A DNA stretch of 58,423 nt, taken from positions 1 through 58,423 of the forward strand of contig PUNC01000113.1 in assembly GCA_003551625.1 (NCBI GenBank), given 5' to 3'. Position numbers and translations under genes: made by a program. Below, piece by piece: positions 49,438 to 58,423 of the stretch. The number at the start of each line of letters is the position of its first letter. Positions within the stretch are counted from its first letter, which is position 1. This stretch comes from PVC group bacterium (GTDB taxonomy: Bacteria; Auribacterota; Erginobacteria; Erginobacterales; PUNC01). The notes under the pieces are model-generated. The model was not told the DNA's origin, made no database searches, and saw only the letters and a program-made list of their open reading frames with translations.

Positions 49438-50577
49438 GTGAAAGATATCGATGTGGAAAGACTGGTCGGGAGCTTCCGGGAACTGCTCGGTATCGACGGG
49501 CCGACCTACCGGGAACGGCCGGTAGCCGATTACCTGATCAGGGAGTTTTCCCTCCTGGGGATCGAGGGCGAGGAGGACGCCGCCGGCGCCGTATTCGGCG
49601 GAAACTGCGGAAACCTTCTCTTCCGGCTTCCGGGCGAAAAAGCCCGCCGTCCGCGGCTGCTCTTCTCTTCCCACCTTGACACCATCACCTCCACGGCGGG
49701 GATTGAAGTGGTCGAGGAGAACGGGGTTTTCCGGGCGGCGGGGGAGAGCATTCTGGGAGCGGACAACCGCTGCGGCGTGGCGGTGATGCTGGAGCTGGCG
49801 CGGGTCCTGATCCAAAGCGGCGGCAGTCCGGTACCGGTCAGCCTGCTGTTCACGGTCGCCGAGGAGACCGGCCTTTCGGGAGCGAAGAATCTGCGCCCGG
49901 AATGGGCGGAAGGGGAGATCGGGTTTGTCCTGGATTCATCCGGCCCGATCGGGACCGTGATCAACCGCGCCCCCTCGGCGGTCAAGATCCGCGCGGTGAT
50001 CAAGGGCCGGGCGGCCCACTCCGGGATCGAACCCGAGGCCGGAATCAACGCGGTGGCGATCGCCGCGCGGGCCATCGCGGAGATGAAGCTGGGAAGGGTG
50101 GACCGGGAGACCACCGCCAATATCGGGATCATCCGCGGCGGCGAGGCGATAAATATCGTGCCCGCCCGGGTCGAGCTGCGGGGGGAGGTCAGGAGTCTGG
50201 AAGAGAGAAAGCTTAAAAGTCAGGTTCTGGCGATGGAGAAGCTGTTGCGCGACCGGGCGGCGGAGGCCGGGGGCGGGGTGGAATTTTCCTCTCAATCCGA
50301 TTACCGGGGATACGCGATACCGGAGAAAAGCCGGGAGATAACCCTGGTCCGCCGCGCCGTCCGGAGTCTTGCGCTGCCTTTCTCGCTGGCGGCCTCCGGA
50401 GGAGCCAGCGACGCCAATATTTTCAACCAGATGGGGCTGCCCGCGCTCAACCTGGGCACCGGGATGTCGGGCGCTCACGGCCCGGGGGAGCATATCGCCC
50501 GGCGGGACCTGGTTGACCTGGCCCGGCTGCTCCTGGCGATAGTGGTGGAAGCGGGAAGGGGGGGTAATAATCCGTGA
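49438..50577 (+). CDS. M20 family peptidase (peptidase T-like)
   Basis: SHLDT, LGADN, AEETG, AAHSG, GASDAN. Confidence 0.88.
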   Translation: MKDIDVERLVGSFRELLGIDGPTYRERPVADYLIREFSLLGIEGEEDAAGAVFGGNCGNLLFRLPGEKARRPRLLFSSHLDTITSTAGIEVVEENGVFRAAGESILGADNRCGVAVMLELARVLIQSGGSPVPVSLLFTVAEETGLSGAKNLRPEWAEGEIGFVLDSSGPIGTVINRAPSAVKIRAVIKGRAAHSGIEPEAGINAVAIAARAIAEMKLGRVDRETTANIGIIRGGEAINIVPARVELRGEVRSLEERKLKSQVLAMEKLLRDRAAEAGGGVEFSSQSDYRGYAIPEKSREITLVRRAVRSLALPFSLAASGGASDANIFNQMGLPALNLGTGMSGAHGPGEHIARRDLVDLARLLLAIVVEAGRGGNNP

Positions 50578-50655
50578 TTCCGTACTCTTACACGTACTCT
50601 TAAACGTACTCTTACACATACTCTTACCCGTACTCCAAGCCGTTCATTAGACGAA
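50576..50655 (+). repeat. 12-bp tandem repeat (CRTACTCTTACA, ~5 units) plus CGTTCATTAGA tail
   Basis: Read directly; second copy at 56750-56822. Confidence 0.9.
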
Positions 50656-50728
50656 AAGAGGGTGGAGCGGGGACATTCTGGATTCTGAGGTTAATCTTGA
50701 ACCTTAAGCTTTTAAACCGGCTCAACCG

Positions 50729-51814
50729 ATGAAACTGGGAATAGTAGGACTGCCCAACGCCGGCAAATCCACGGTCTTCAACGCCCTGGCCCGGGCCCGG
50801 GTGGAGGTGAAGAAACATCCTTTCACCACCATTGAACCGAACGTGGGAATGGCCGCCGTGCCGGACGAGCGTCTGGACCGGCTGGCCGCGATCTTTCAGC
50901 CCGAGAAGACCGTCCCGGCGATGGTCAAGTTCGTGGACGTGGCCGGCCTGGTTGAAGGCGCCAGCCGGGGGCAGGGGCTGGGCAACCAGTTTCTGGCCGC
51001 CCTGAGGGAGACCGACGCCCTGGTCCACGTGGTGGCCTGTTTTCGGGCCGAGGATATCGCCCACGTGCTGGGGGAAATCGATCCGGCCCGCGACGTCCGG
51101 GTAATCCGGCAGGAACTGATCCTGGCCGATCTGGAGGTCTGCGAGCGGGCCCTCCAGAAGCTCAAAAAAGGCCGGCGGGTCCTGACCGGGGAGGAGGAAG
51201 AGAGGGTGGGCCTGCTGGCCGCGGCCGCGGAGGCTCTGGCTTCGGGAGCGAGCCTCGGGGGGACCGAGGCGGAAAGCCGTCTCGCCGCCGCCGCGCCGGA
51301 ATTGAACCTTCTGACCTTAAAGCCGGTCATTTACGCGGCCAATATCGGGGAAGAGGACCTGGGGGAGCAGGCGGAACGGGCCGCGGCGCCGGTTCGCCAG
51401 GCGGCCGGCCGGGACGCGGAAGTCGTTGTCCTCTGCGGCCGGCTGGAGGAGGAAGTCGGCAGCCTTCCCCAAGCCGACCAACCCCTGTTTCGCCAGGAGA
51501 TGGGGTTGGGCTCGTCGGGACTGGAGCTTCTGCTCGCCGCCGCGGTGCGGGCGCTCGACCTGGTAACCTTCTTTACCAAGGAGGGAGTGGAGGTTCGGGC
51601 CTGGCACATCCGCCGCGGCGCCCCCGCCGAGGCGGCCGCCGGGATGATCCACTCCGATATGGCCCGGGGTTTCATCAAGGCCGAGGTGGTGCCTTTCGCC
51701 GACCTCGACCGGGACGGCTCTCCGGCGGCCGCCCGGTCCCGCGGGGTGCTGCGCTTCGAGGGCCGGGACTATCCGGTCGCGGAAGGGGACGTGATCAGAT
51801 TTCACTTTCAGTGA
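50729..51814 (+). CDS. ychF: Ribosome-associated ATPase YchF
   Basis: GIVGLPNAGKST, PFTTIEPN, DVAGL, GLGNQFL, AGMIHSD. Confidence 0.95.
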   Translation: MKLGIVGLPNAGKSTVFNALARARVEVKKHPFTTIEPNVGMAAVPDERLDRLAAIFQPEKTVPAMVKFVDVAGLVEGASRGQGLGNQFLAALRETDALVHVVACFRAEDIAHVLGEIDPARDVRVIRQELILADLEVCERALQKLKKGRRVLTGEEEERVGLLAAAAEALASGASLGGTEAESRLAAAAPELNLLTLKPVIYAANIGEEDLGEQAERAAAPVRQAAGRDAEVVVLCGRLEEEVGSLPQADQPLFRQEMGLGSSGLELLLAAAVRALDLVTFFTKEGVEVRAWHIRRGAPAEAAAGMIHSDMARGFIKAEVVPFADLDRDGSPAAARSRGVLRFEGRDYPVAEGDVIRFHFQ

Positions 51815-51816
51815 GT

Positions 51817-52803
51817 ATGGGCAGAAGACCGAAAGCGCTGGCGCTGATCTCCGGCGGGCTGGACAGTATTCTGGCCGCCCGCCTGGTGGCCGACCAGGGG
51901 GTCGGTGTCGTTGGAGTTGGTTTCCGCAGCCATTTCTTCTCCGACGCGGCGGGGCGGCGGGCGGCCCGTTCCGCCGGCATACCGTTCACCAGCGTGGATA
52001 TCGGCCCGGAGATGATCGCGCTGCTGGATGAGCCGAAGTACGGTTTCGGCAAGCATCTCAACCCCTGTGTGGACTGTCACCGCCTGATGGTCGGCAAGGC
52101 CTTCGAGTTGTTGGAGGAACTGGAAGCCGATTTCGTCGTCACCGGCGAGGTTTTGGGCCAGCGTCCGAAATCCCAGCACCGGGCCGCCCTGAACGCCGTG
52201 GCCAAGGCGGGGGAGAAGGGCCTGCTGCTCCGTCCGCTCTCGGCGAAACTGCTTGCGGAGACGATCCCGGAAAAGCGGGGCTGGATCGATCGCGATCGCC
52301 TGCTGGGCATTTCGGGACGGGGGCGGAAGAAACAGCTCGAGCTGGCCGCGGCCTGGGGGATCACCGGGTTCGCCACCCCGGCGGGGGGTTGCCTGCTGAC
52401 CGATCCGGAATTCTGCCGCCGTTTGAAGGATTTAAGCGCCCGGGAGGGGTTGGAAGGTGATATGATAGAGCTTTTGAAAGTCGGCCGTCATTTCCGTTCT
52501 CCGGGGGGGGCGAGGATCGTTTCCGGGCGCGATGAAGGCGAAAATATCCGGCTGCTCAAACTCGCTTCCGCCGGGGATCTTCTCTTCCAGGCGGCGCGGC
52601 CGGCCAGCCTGATCCTGCTTCGAGCGGCGGGCGAGCCGTCGCGCGGGGATATCCTGCTGGCGGCTTCCGTCTGCGCCCGTTACAGCAAGGGGAAGGGCGG
52701 AGCGGTCAAGATCAGAACCTGGAAAAAAGGTCGCCGGGACGAGGGAGAAACCCTGGCGGCCGAACCGATGAACGGGGATAAACTTGAGAGGTTGAGAATA
52801 TGA
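51817..52803 (+). CDS. ThiI/MnmA-like PP-loop tRNA thiolation protein with DUF814-like tail
   Basis: SGGLDS, NPCVDC, GEVLGQRP, PAGGCLLTD, GRHFR. Confidence 0.82.
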   Translation: MGRRPKALALISGGLDSILAARLVADQGVGVVGVGFRSHFFSDAAGRRAARSAGIPFTSVDIGPEMIALLDEPKYGFGKHLNPCVDCHRLMVGKAFELLEELEADFVVTGEVLGQRPKSQHRAALNAVAKAGEKGLLLRPLSAKLLAETIPEKRGWIDRDRLLGISGRGRKKQLELAAAWGITGFATPAGGCLLTDPEFCRRLKDLSAREGLEGDMIELLKVGRHFRSPGGARIVSGRDEGENIRLLKLASAGDLLFQAARPASLILLRAAGEPSRGDILLAASVCARYSKGKGGAVKIRTWKKGRRDEGETLAAEPMNGDKLERLRI

Positions 52804-54125
52804 TCAGGATTTTCATCGCGGCGATATTGTTTATTATGGCGTTGCCGGCCGCCGGCCGCTCGGAACCGGATCCGCGCCAAAGGCTGGCTTCCGACGATCC
52901 CGCCGTTCGTTCCGAAGCCTGCCTGGTCCTGGCGGAAGAAGGAGAGACGGCCGTCGATCTCCTGATTCCTCTGCTCCGGGACCGTTCGATGCTGGTCCGC
53001 CACAGCGCCGCCCTCGCCCTGGCGCGGATCGGCGGCGAAAAGGTCAGGGCGGTCTTCAAGGATAACCTCGATTCGTCCAGTTACGACCTGCGCCGTTCCG
53101 CCGCCCTGGGTCTGGCCCTGACGGGGGAAGAAGAGACTTTCGCTCTTATCTCACCCCTGCTGGATGACGACAGTTGGGAGGTTCGCTGGGCGGCCGCTTT
53201 CGCTCTCGGAGAGATCCGGGACCGTCGGGCGCTGGCCCTGTTGGGACCGCTGGCCGAGTCGGACCCCCACTACGACGCGAACCGGGGAGAGCATCCGGTC
53301 CGGGAGGCCGCCCGCCGCTCGATGCGGAAGATTGAGGGTTCGGTGGGATGGCGCAAGGACTACGGGAAAGCCCGGGAGGCCTCGGCCGGAGACGGCCGCC
53401 CGCTTTTCCTTTACTTCCGGAAGACGGGGAGCCCGGCTGCATCGCGTTTCGAGGCGGCGGTCTTCGGCGAAGAAATGGTGGTGGACACGGCCCAGCGTTT
53501 CCGCGCGGTCTGGCTGGATCACGGCCGCTCTCCGGAGGCATTCGAGAAGTACCGGGTCGGGAAGGTTCCCGCGGTGCTATTTTTAACCCCGGAAGGAGAG
53601 GTCCGGGGAAGAATCGAGGGGGCGCTGGGGCCGAGGGAACTCCGGGAGGAGATGCTGAAACGGCTGGAGGGGGAGAAGAACGTTCGGCGGCTTACCGCCC
53701 GCCGGCGGGATGACCCGTCCGACCTGGAAGCGGCCTGGCAGTTGGCCGAGATCTATATGGAGCGCGGGCAATGGCCGCGGGCGCTGCCTCTGCTCGACGC
53801 GATCGTGGAGGCCGATCCCTATAACGTTTCGAGCTTAGTTGATAACGCCCGTTTCGCCCGGGGATACATCAGGGGGATGATGGGCGACTACCGGGAATCT
53901 TACCGGCTACTCGACCGCCTTCTCCGGGATTTTCCCGAGTTCGGGAACCGGGCCCAGGCTCTATACTGTCTGGGCTTGAGCGCGTTGAGGATCGGGCGGG
54001 CTGAAGAGGGGTCGGACATACTGCGCCGGTTGATCGAGGAGTATCCCTCCGGCGAGCCCGCCGCCGCCGCCGGAGTCATTCTCGACCAGATCGAGCGCAG
54101 GATGGATTCGGCGGATTCGGGATGA
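52800..54125 (+). CDS. Exported HEAT-repeat + thioredoxin-like + TPR protein
   Basis: Signal peptide; VR..AA.ALG repeats; thioredoxin-fold segment; ALYCLG TPR-like helices. Confidence 0.75.
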   Translation: MIRIFIAAILFIMALPAAGRSEPDPRQRLASDDPAVRSEACLVLAEEGETAVDLLIPLLRDRSMLVRHSAALALARIGGEKVRAVFKDNLDSSSYDLRRSAALGLALTGEEETFALISPLLDDDSWEVRWAAAFALGEIRDRRALALLGPLAESDPHYDANRGEHPVREAARRSMRKIEGSVGWRKDYGKAREASAGDGRPLFLYFRKTGSPAASRFEAAVFGEEMVVDTAQRFRAVWLDHGRSPEAFEKYRVGKVPAVLFLTPEGEVRGRIEGALGPRELREEMLKRLEGEKNVRRLTARRRDDPSDLEAAWQLAEIYMERGQWPRALPLLDAIVEADPYNVSSLVDNARFARGYIRGMMGDYRESYRLLDRLLRDFPEFGNRAQALYCLGLSALRIGRAEEGSDILRRLIEEYPSGEPAAAAGVILDQIERRMDSADSG

Positions 54126-54215
54126 ACGACGAAAAAAAGATCCCTTTGTATAGCGGCGGGAGTCTGTTAAGTTATATGAGTAATCCGGGCTAAAAACTTA
54201 ACAAGGAAAAGAACT

Positions 54216-54371
54216 ATGTCTCAACATCCAAGTTTTGGCGGAAAGGGCAAGATCAAGCCCAAGCGCAACGTGCTGAAACGGCACGAGCGAATCCGGCGCC
54301 TTCAGGAGTCGGGCAAGTGGGAAGAGGAGAAGAAGGTCTTCAAGCTTCCCAAGACCCCTATTCAGAAATGA
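54216..54371 (+). CDS. PVC-type small basic protein (51 aa; not in the ORF track)
   Basis: MSQHPSF...KRNVLKRHERI..L...GKW....VFKLPK; AAGGA RBS. Confidence 0.88.
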   Translation: MSQHPSFGGKGKIKPKRNVLKRHERIRRLQESGKWEEEKKVFKLPKTPIQK

Positions 54372-54375
54372 CCGA

Positions 54376-55347
54376 ATGAGAAGGATCGCGCTTCTTATAT
54401 TTCTGGCGGCGGTCTTTCCCCGGGCGGCTCGCCCGGGTTATGTTACCGGCGTGGTGACGGGCGACAACGTTAACCTGCGGGCCGGCCCCAGTTTGAGGGC
54501 CGAGATCGTGGGCCAGGCCCGCCGCGGCGACCGGGTCGAGGTGCTGTTGCAGGACGGCGACTGGTGCGCCATATATCCTCCGCCGGGTTCCACCGGTTGG
54601 GTATCGGCCGATTTCGTGGGGCCGGACGGCGCGATCGTCTCCACGGTGAATGTCCGGGCCGGACCCAGCGTGGCCCACGCCCGCCTGACCCGCCTTGAGC
54701 CGGGAGAGGTACCCGAGATTATCGAACGGGACGGAGACTGGTTGAGAATCAGTCTGCCCCGGGAAACGCGGCTGTGGATCAGCGCCCGGTACGTCGAGCT
54801 GGCTCGGGAGGTGGAACAGGTCCGTCCCCGGCCGACGGCGCCTCCGGTCCGGCCCGACCGGCCTGTTACTCCCGAGCCGGATCCCGTCCCGCCGGCCGCT
54901 CCCCCCGTGATCGCGACGCCGGTGCCGGCGCCACCGCCACCGACCGTTGTCCCCGTCCCGGTTGAGCTTCCGCCCCCGCCCTCTCCCGCGGTGGTTGACG
55001 TTCCCCCTTCTCCGTCTCCCGCGGTGGTTGATATTCCGACGCCCCCGGCGCCGCCGCTTCCGGAAGGGACTCCTCTCCCCACGCCTTTCGCGCCCCCGGT
55101 GGAAGCTTCGGTGCTGACCGGGACGGTAGTGAGACTGCCCCGGCCTTATCGGGAAGCGGGCCGGGAGGTGACCCATATTCTGGTTCGCGACGGGGTCCGG
55201 GCGGCGACGATCGCGCGCCTGGCCGATCCCGACTCCGAACTCGATCGTTTTCACCGCCGCCGCGCGCGGGTCTGGGGCGCGGAAATCGGGCGGGACGCCG
55301 AAGGCGTGCCGCTGATCGAGGTTAAAGGGGTCCAGCCGGCCTGGTAA
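54376..55347 (+). CDS. Exported SH3b-domain protein with Pro-rich linker
   Basis: VNLRAGPS and VNVRAGPS...W SH3 domains. Confidence 0.82.
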   Translation: MRRIALLIFLAAVFPRAARPGYVTGVVTGDNVNLRAGPSLRAEIVGQARRGDRVEVLLQDGDWCAIYPPPGSTGWVSADFVGPDGAIVSTVNVRAGPSVAHARLTRLEPGEVPEIIERDGDWLRISLPRETRLWISARYVELAREVEQVRPRPTAPPVRPDRPVTPEPDPVPPAAPPVIATPVPAPPPPTVVPVPVELPPPPSPAVVDVPPSPSPAVVDIPTPPAPPLPEGTPLPTPFAPPVEASVLTGTVVRLPRPYREAGREVTHILVRDGVRAATIARLADPDSELDRFHRRRARVWGAEIGRDAEGVPLIEVKGVQPAW

Positions 55348-55415
55348 CGCGGCTTCCGCGAATGAGCCGGGTTCGTTTGGCGCCCCCTTTTTTTGTGCAA
55401 ATCAGGTCAGGAAGC

Positions 55416-56714
55416 GTGAAAACAAGGTCATTCCAGGGCGGGATCCGGATCGATGACTTCAAGCGCTTCACGGAGCGCAAACCGATCGAAACCCTGCCCC
55501 CGCCTCCCAAGGCCTATCTCCCCCTGAAACAGAACGCCGGCTCGCCTCCCCGTCCGGTCGTTGAAATCGGCGCCGAGGTATCCGCCGGGGAGGTGATCGC
55601 CGCCCCCTCGGGAGCCGTCTCTTCCACCCTTCACGCGTCCGTGTTCGGCAAGGTCTCCGCCATCGCCGATCACCCCCATCCTTCCGGGGCGGATTCCCCG
55701 GCGATCGTGATCGAGACCGCCGCCGCCGGGAACGGGTTTTCGGGGATGGAGCCAATGGTCGATTGGGAGGGCGCCGCCCCGGAAGATATCCGCGCCCGGG
55801 TATTGGAAGCCGGAATCGTGGGGATGGGCGGGGCCGGCTTCCCCGCCCAGGTAAAGCTCGAACCGCCGCCCGGGAAAAAGATCGAGACCGCGGTCATCAA
55901 CGCCGCCGAGTGCGAGCCGTTCCTGACCGTGGACCACCGGCTCCTGCTGGAGGAGACCGAAAAGGTCGTAGCCGGGCTGAAGATCATAATGAGGGCCGCC
56001 GGGGCGGCGCGGGGAGTGGTGGCCGTAGAATCCAACAAGGCCGACGCCCTGGACAGGCTGGAACGAGCCCTGGAAAAGGAAGAGAACATCTTCACGGTTC
56101 TCCTGACGGTAAAATATCCCCAGGGCGCCGAGAAGCAGCTTCTCAAGACGGTCGCGGACCGGGAGGTGCCTTCCGGCGGTCTTCCCGCGGACGTGGGCTG
56201 CTTGGTGCACAACGTCCACACCGCGACCGCCATCGCCGACGCGGTTCTTCACGGCCGCCCCCTGATCGAGCGGGTGGTTACGGTATCCGGCTTCGGCCTG
56301 GACCGCCCGGGCAATTTCCGGGTCCGGCTCGGCACCCCGTTCAGCCGGCTGCTTGAAGCCGCCGGCGGGCCGCCGGACGGTGAACTCCGGCTGATCGCGG
56401 GCGGTCCGATGACGGGCGTCGCCCAGCGGGATCTTGGGACCCCGGTGATCAAGTCGACCTCCGGGCTGGTGGTCCTGCCTCCGCTTCCCCGGGCCCGTAA
56501 CCTGCCCTGCCTGCGTTGCGGGAAGTGCCTTACCGTCTGCCCGATGGGGCTGGTCCCCTGCGATCTGGCCCGGGCGGCGGAGAAGGGCCGCAGGGAGGAT
56601 TTCGCCGGTCTGAGCGGGGCCGACTGTATGGAATGCGGGTGCTGCGCTTATGTCTGCCCCGCCGCGAGAGACCTGGTCCAGTTCATTCAATTGGGCAAGG
56701 CCCTGGAGGAGTGA
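55416..56714 (+). CDS. rnfC: Rnf complex subunit C
   Basis: GMGGAGFP, AECEPFLT, YPQGAEKQL, GGPMTG, two CxxCxxCxxxCP. Confidence 0.95.
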   Translation: MKTRSFQGGIRIDDFKRFTERKPIETLPPPPKAYLPLKQNAGSPPRPVVEIGAEVSAGEVIAAPSGAVSSTLHASVFGKVSAIADHPHPSGADSPAIVIETAAAGNGFSGMEPMVDWEGAAPEDIRARVLEAGIVGMGGAGFPAQVKLEPPPGKKIETAVINAAECEPFLTVDHRLLLEETEKVVAGLKIIMRAAGAARGVVAVESNKADALDRLERALEKEENIFTVLLTVKYPQGAEKQLLKTVADREVPSGGLPADVGCLVHNVHTATAIADAVLHGRPLIERVVTVSGFGLDRPGNFRVRLGTPFSRLLEAAGGPPDGELRLIAGGPMTGVAQRDLGTPVIKSTSGLVVLPPLPRARNLPCLRCGKCLTVCPMGLVPCDLARAAEKGRREDFAGLSGADCMECGCCAYVCPAARDLVQFIQLGKALEE

Positions 56715-56749
56715 ACCGCGGAAAGACGGACAGGAGATTCCGGATTGCG

Positions 56750-56822
56750 GATTCTTACACGTACTCTAACACATACTCTTACACGTACTCTTACACATAC
56801 TCTAAGACGTTCATTAGATGAA
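56750..56822 (+). repeat. 12-bp tandem repeat element, second copy
   Basis: CRTACTCTWACA units plus CGTTCATTAGA tail overlapping the rnfD start. Confidence 0.9.
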
Positions 56823-57822
56823 GGGTTCTCTTCCAACTAAAAAGAAATTCACCGTCTCTCCCGCCCCGCACTTCTTTTCCGGCCGGACTATCCCGAAGGT
56901 GATGTGGACGGTGGCGGCGGCCCTGCTTCCGGCCCTGGCCGCGAGCGTGATATTTTTCGGTTGGCGGGCGGTCCGCCTTCAGGCGGCCGCGGTCGCGGCC
57001 GCGGTCGTCACCGAGGCCGTGATCTCGCGTCTTCGCCGCCGACCGCTCACCATCGGCGACGGGAGCGCGGTCGTGACCGGCCTCCTGCTCGCCTTCAACC
57101 TTCCGCCCGACGTCCCGGCCTGGCTGGCCGCCGCCGGAGCGGTCTTCGCGATCGCCGTCGTCAAACAGGCCTTCGGCGGCCTGGGGTTCAATATCTTCAA
57201 CCCGGCGCTGGGCGGCCGGCTTTTCGTGGCCCATTCCTGGCTTTCGCGGATGACCACCTTTACCCCGCCGCTTACCGCGGAGACGGCCGGCCTGGACGCG
57301 ATGACTTACGCCACCCCGCTGGGAGCGGCCCGGGAGGCGCTGGTCGAGCGGATCCCGTCCCTGTGGAATATGTTTATCGGCAACACGGGAGGCTGTATCG
57401 GGGAGACTTCGGCGCTGGCGATACTCCTGGGAGGGATGGTCCTGCTTTCGATGGGTTATATTTCCTGGCGGATTCCCGCGGCTTACCTGGGATCGGTGGC
57501 GCTGCTGACCTGGCTGCTCCCGGTAGGGGAGGGGGCCGTCGCCCTTTCCCCGCTGGAGCATCTATTCAGCGGAGGGCTGATGCTGGGAGCGGTCTTTATG
57601 GCCACCGATATGGTCACCACTCCGGTCAGCGGCAAAGGAATGCTGGCATTCGGTTTGGGCTGCGGGACGATCACCGCCGTCTTCAGGCTCTACGGCGGCA
57701 ATCCGGAAGGGGTCTCCTACTCGATCCTGATTATGAACGCCTTCACCCCCCTGATCGACCGGTTCACCCGTCCGCGGGTCTTCGGAACTTTGAAAAAAGG
57801 TTTATGGCCGCGAAAAGCATAA
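56818..57822 (+). CDS. rnfD: Rnf complex subunit D
   Basis: DGSAVVTG, GGLGFNIFNPA, TYATPL, GCIGETS, FMATDMVT, PEGV. Confidence 0.96.
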   Translation: MKGSLPTKKKFTVSPAPHFFSGRTIPKVMWTVAAALLPALAASVIFFGWRAVRLQAAAVAAAVVTEAVISRLRRRPLTIGDGSAVVTGLLLAFNLPPDVPAWLAAAGAVFAIAVVKQAFGGLGFNIFNPALGGRLFVAHSWLSRMTTFTPPLTAETAGLDAMTYATPLGAAREALVERIPSLWNMFIGNTGGCIGETSALAILLGGMVLLSMGYISWRIPAAYLGSVALLTWLLPVGEGAVALSPLEHLFSGGLMLGAVFMATDMVTTPVSGKGMLAFGLGCGTITAVFRLYGGNPEGVSYSILIMNAFTPLIDRFTRPRVFGTLKKGLWPRKA

Positions 57823-57869
57823 CCTCGCTTGAACTCTGAGCCGTTAAACCCAGGGCCCTGTGCCTTTTG

Positions 57870-57917
57870 GCTTAATCACTTATCAACTTATAAGCTTATA
57901 AACTTATCAACTTAAAT
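57870..57917 (+). repeat. 8-bp tandem repeat (~RCTTATMA x6)
   Basis: GCTTAATC ACTTATCA ACTTATAA GCTTATAA ACTTATCA ACTTAAAT. Confidence 0.8.
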
Positions 57918-57918
57918 A

Positions 57919-58423
57919 ATGCTCAAGCCCGCGTTGATACTAACCTTGATCTGCGCCCTGGCCGCGGCCGCCTTGGGCTTCGCCTTCATTCTGACCGGAC
58001 CCCGGATTGAAGAGCAGAGGGAAGCGAGAGAGTCCGAAGCGTTGGGCACCGTCCTGCCGGAGGCGGTTGAGTTCTCCTTCACGACCGGCGATCGGGTCGA
58101 CTATTACACCGGCCGGGACCGGGACGGGGAAGTGGCGGGTTGGGCGCTTGAGGGTCGGGCGCGCGGATACAGCAGCCTGATCCGGGTGATGGTGGGGGTC
58201 GATCCGGAAGGAGTGATCACCGGGATCAAGATTCTGGAGCAGGCGGAGACGCCGGGGTTGGGGGACCAGGCGGTCAAGGTTCCCAGCCCCCGGTCTTTCT
58301 GGGATCTTCTCCTCGGACGCCGCCCGGAAGAGGAGCCCGCCCGGCCGCCGTTTCAGGAGCAGTTCGCCGGCAAAGCCCTGGAAGATCTGGAGGTGGTGGT
58401 CGGGCCGATGCCGGCTCCCCCCC
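57919..58423 (+). CDS. rnfG: Rnf complex subunit G, 3' truncated by window (not in the ORF track)
   Basis: MLKPALILTLIC...GYSSLIRVMVGV...ETPGLG. Confidence 0.92.
   Translation, partial: MLKPALILTLICALAAAALGFAFILTGPRIEEQREARESEALGTVLPEAVEFSFTTGDRVDYYTGRDRDGEVAGWALEGRARGYSSLIRVMVGVDPEGVITGIKILEQAETPGLGDQAVKVPSPRSFWDLLLGRRPEEEPARPPFQEQFAGKALEDLEVVVGPMPAPP

Noticed and set aside
54982-55031. 33-bp-period repeat TCTCCCGCGGTGGTTGA
   Set aside because: In-frame duplication (SPAVVD) within a Pro-rich linker; fully explained by the protein.
56516-56821. ORF with YTYS repeats
   Set aside because: Overlaps rnfC out of frame; the peptide repeat is just the translated 12-bp DNA repeat.

Overview
GC-rich bacterial chromosomal segment. 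It probably comes from a diderm, anaerobic member of the PVC superphylum or a related candidate lineage, because it carries the PVC-type small basic protein (54216-54371), LPS/Lpt genes, HprK-HPr-EI and an Rnf operon. From ~9.2 kb to the end it is mostly housekeeping: lipid A/LPS core/ADP-heptose/Kdo biosynthesis, lptCAB, hpf-hprK-ptsH-ptsI, metK-ahcY, lptFG, glgE-glgM, redox proteins, fba, hisF, diaminopropionate ammonia-lyase, an ECF sigma cluster, a PAS kinase, ychF and rnfCDG. The first ~9.2 kb is accessory. It holds a Cu P1B-ATPase, a fluoride riboswitch driving a cation:proton antiporter, and an AT-richer array of small co-oriented genes, most encoding membrane proteins. The array is punctuated by two related 32-33 bp direct repeats ending in GTCCCC/GACCCC, a CCCC-containing palindrome and a few attC-like hairpins. 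No integrase or transposase is present in the window. This repeat-delimited cassette array is the best candidate for an undescribed system. Several other intergenic repeat families are also reported: REP-like units with interchangeable hairpins, a 12-bp tandem element found at two loci, and 8-bp tandem repeats. All calls come from reading the sequence and recognising motifs; no searches were run.
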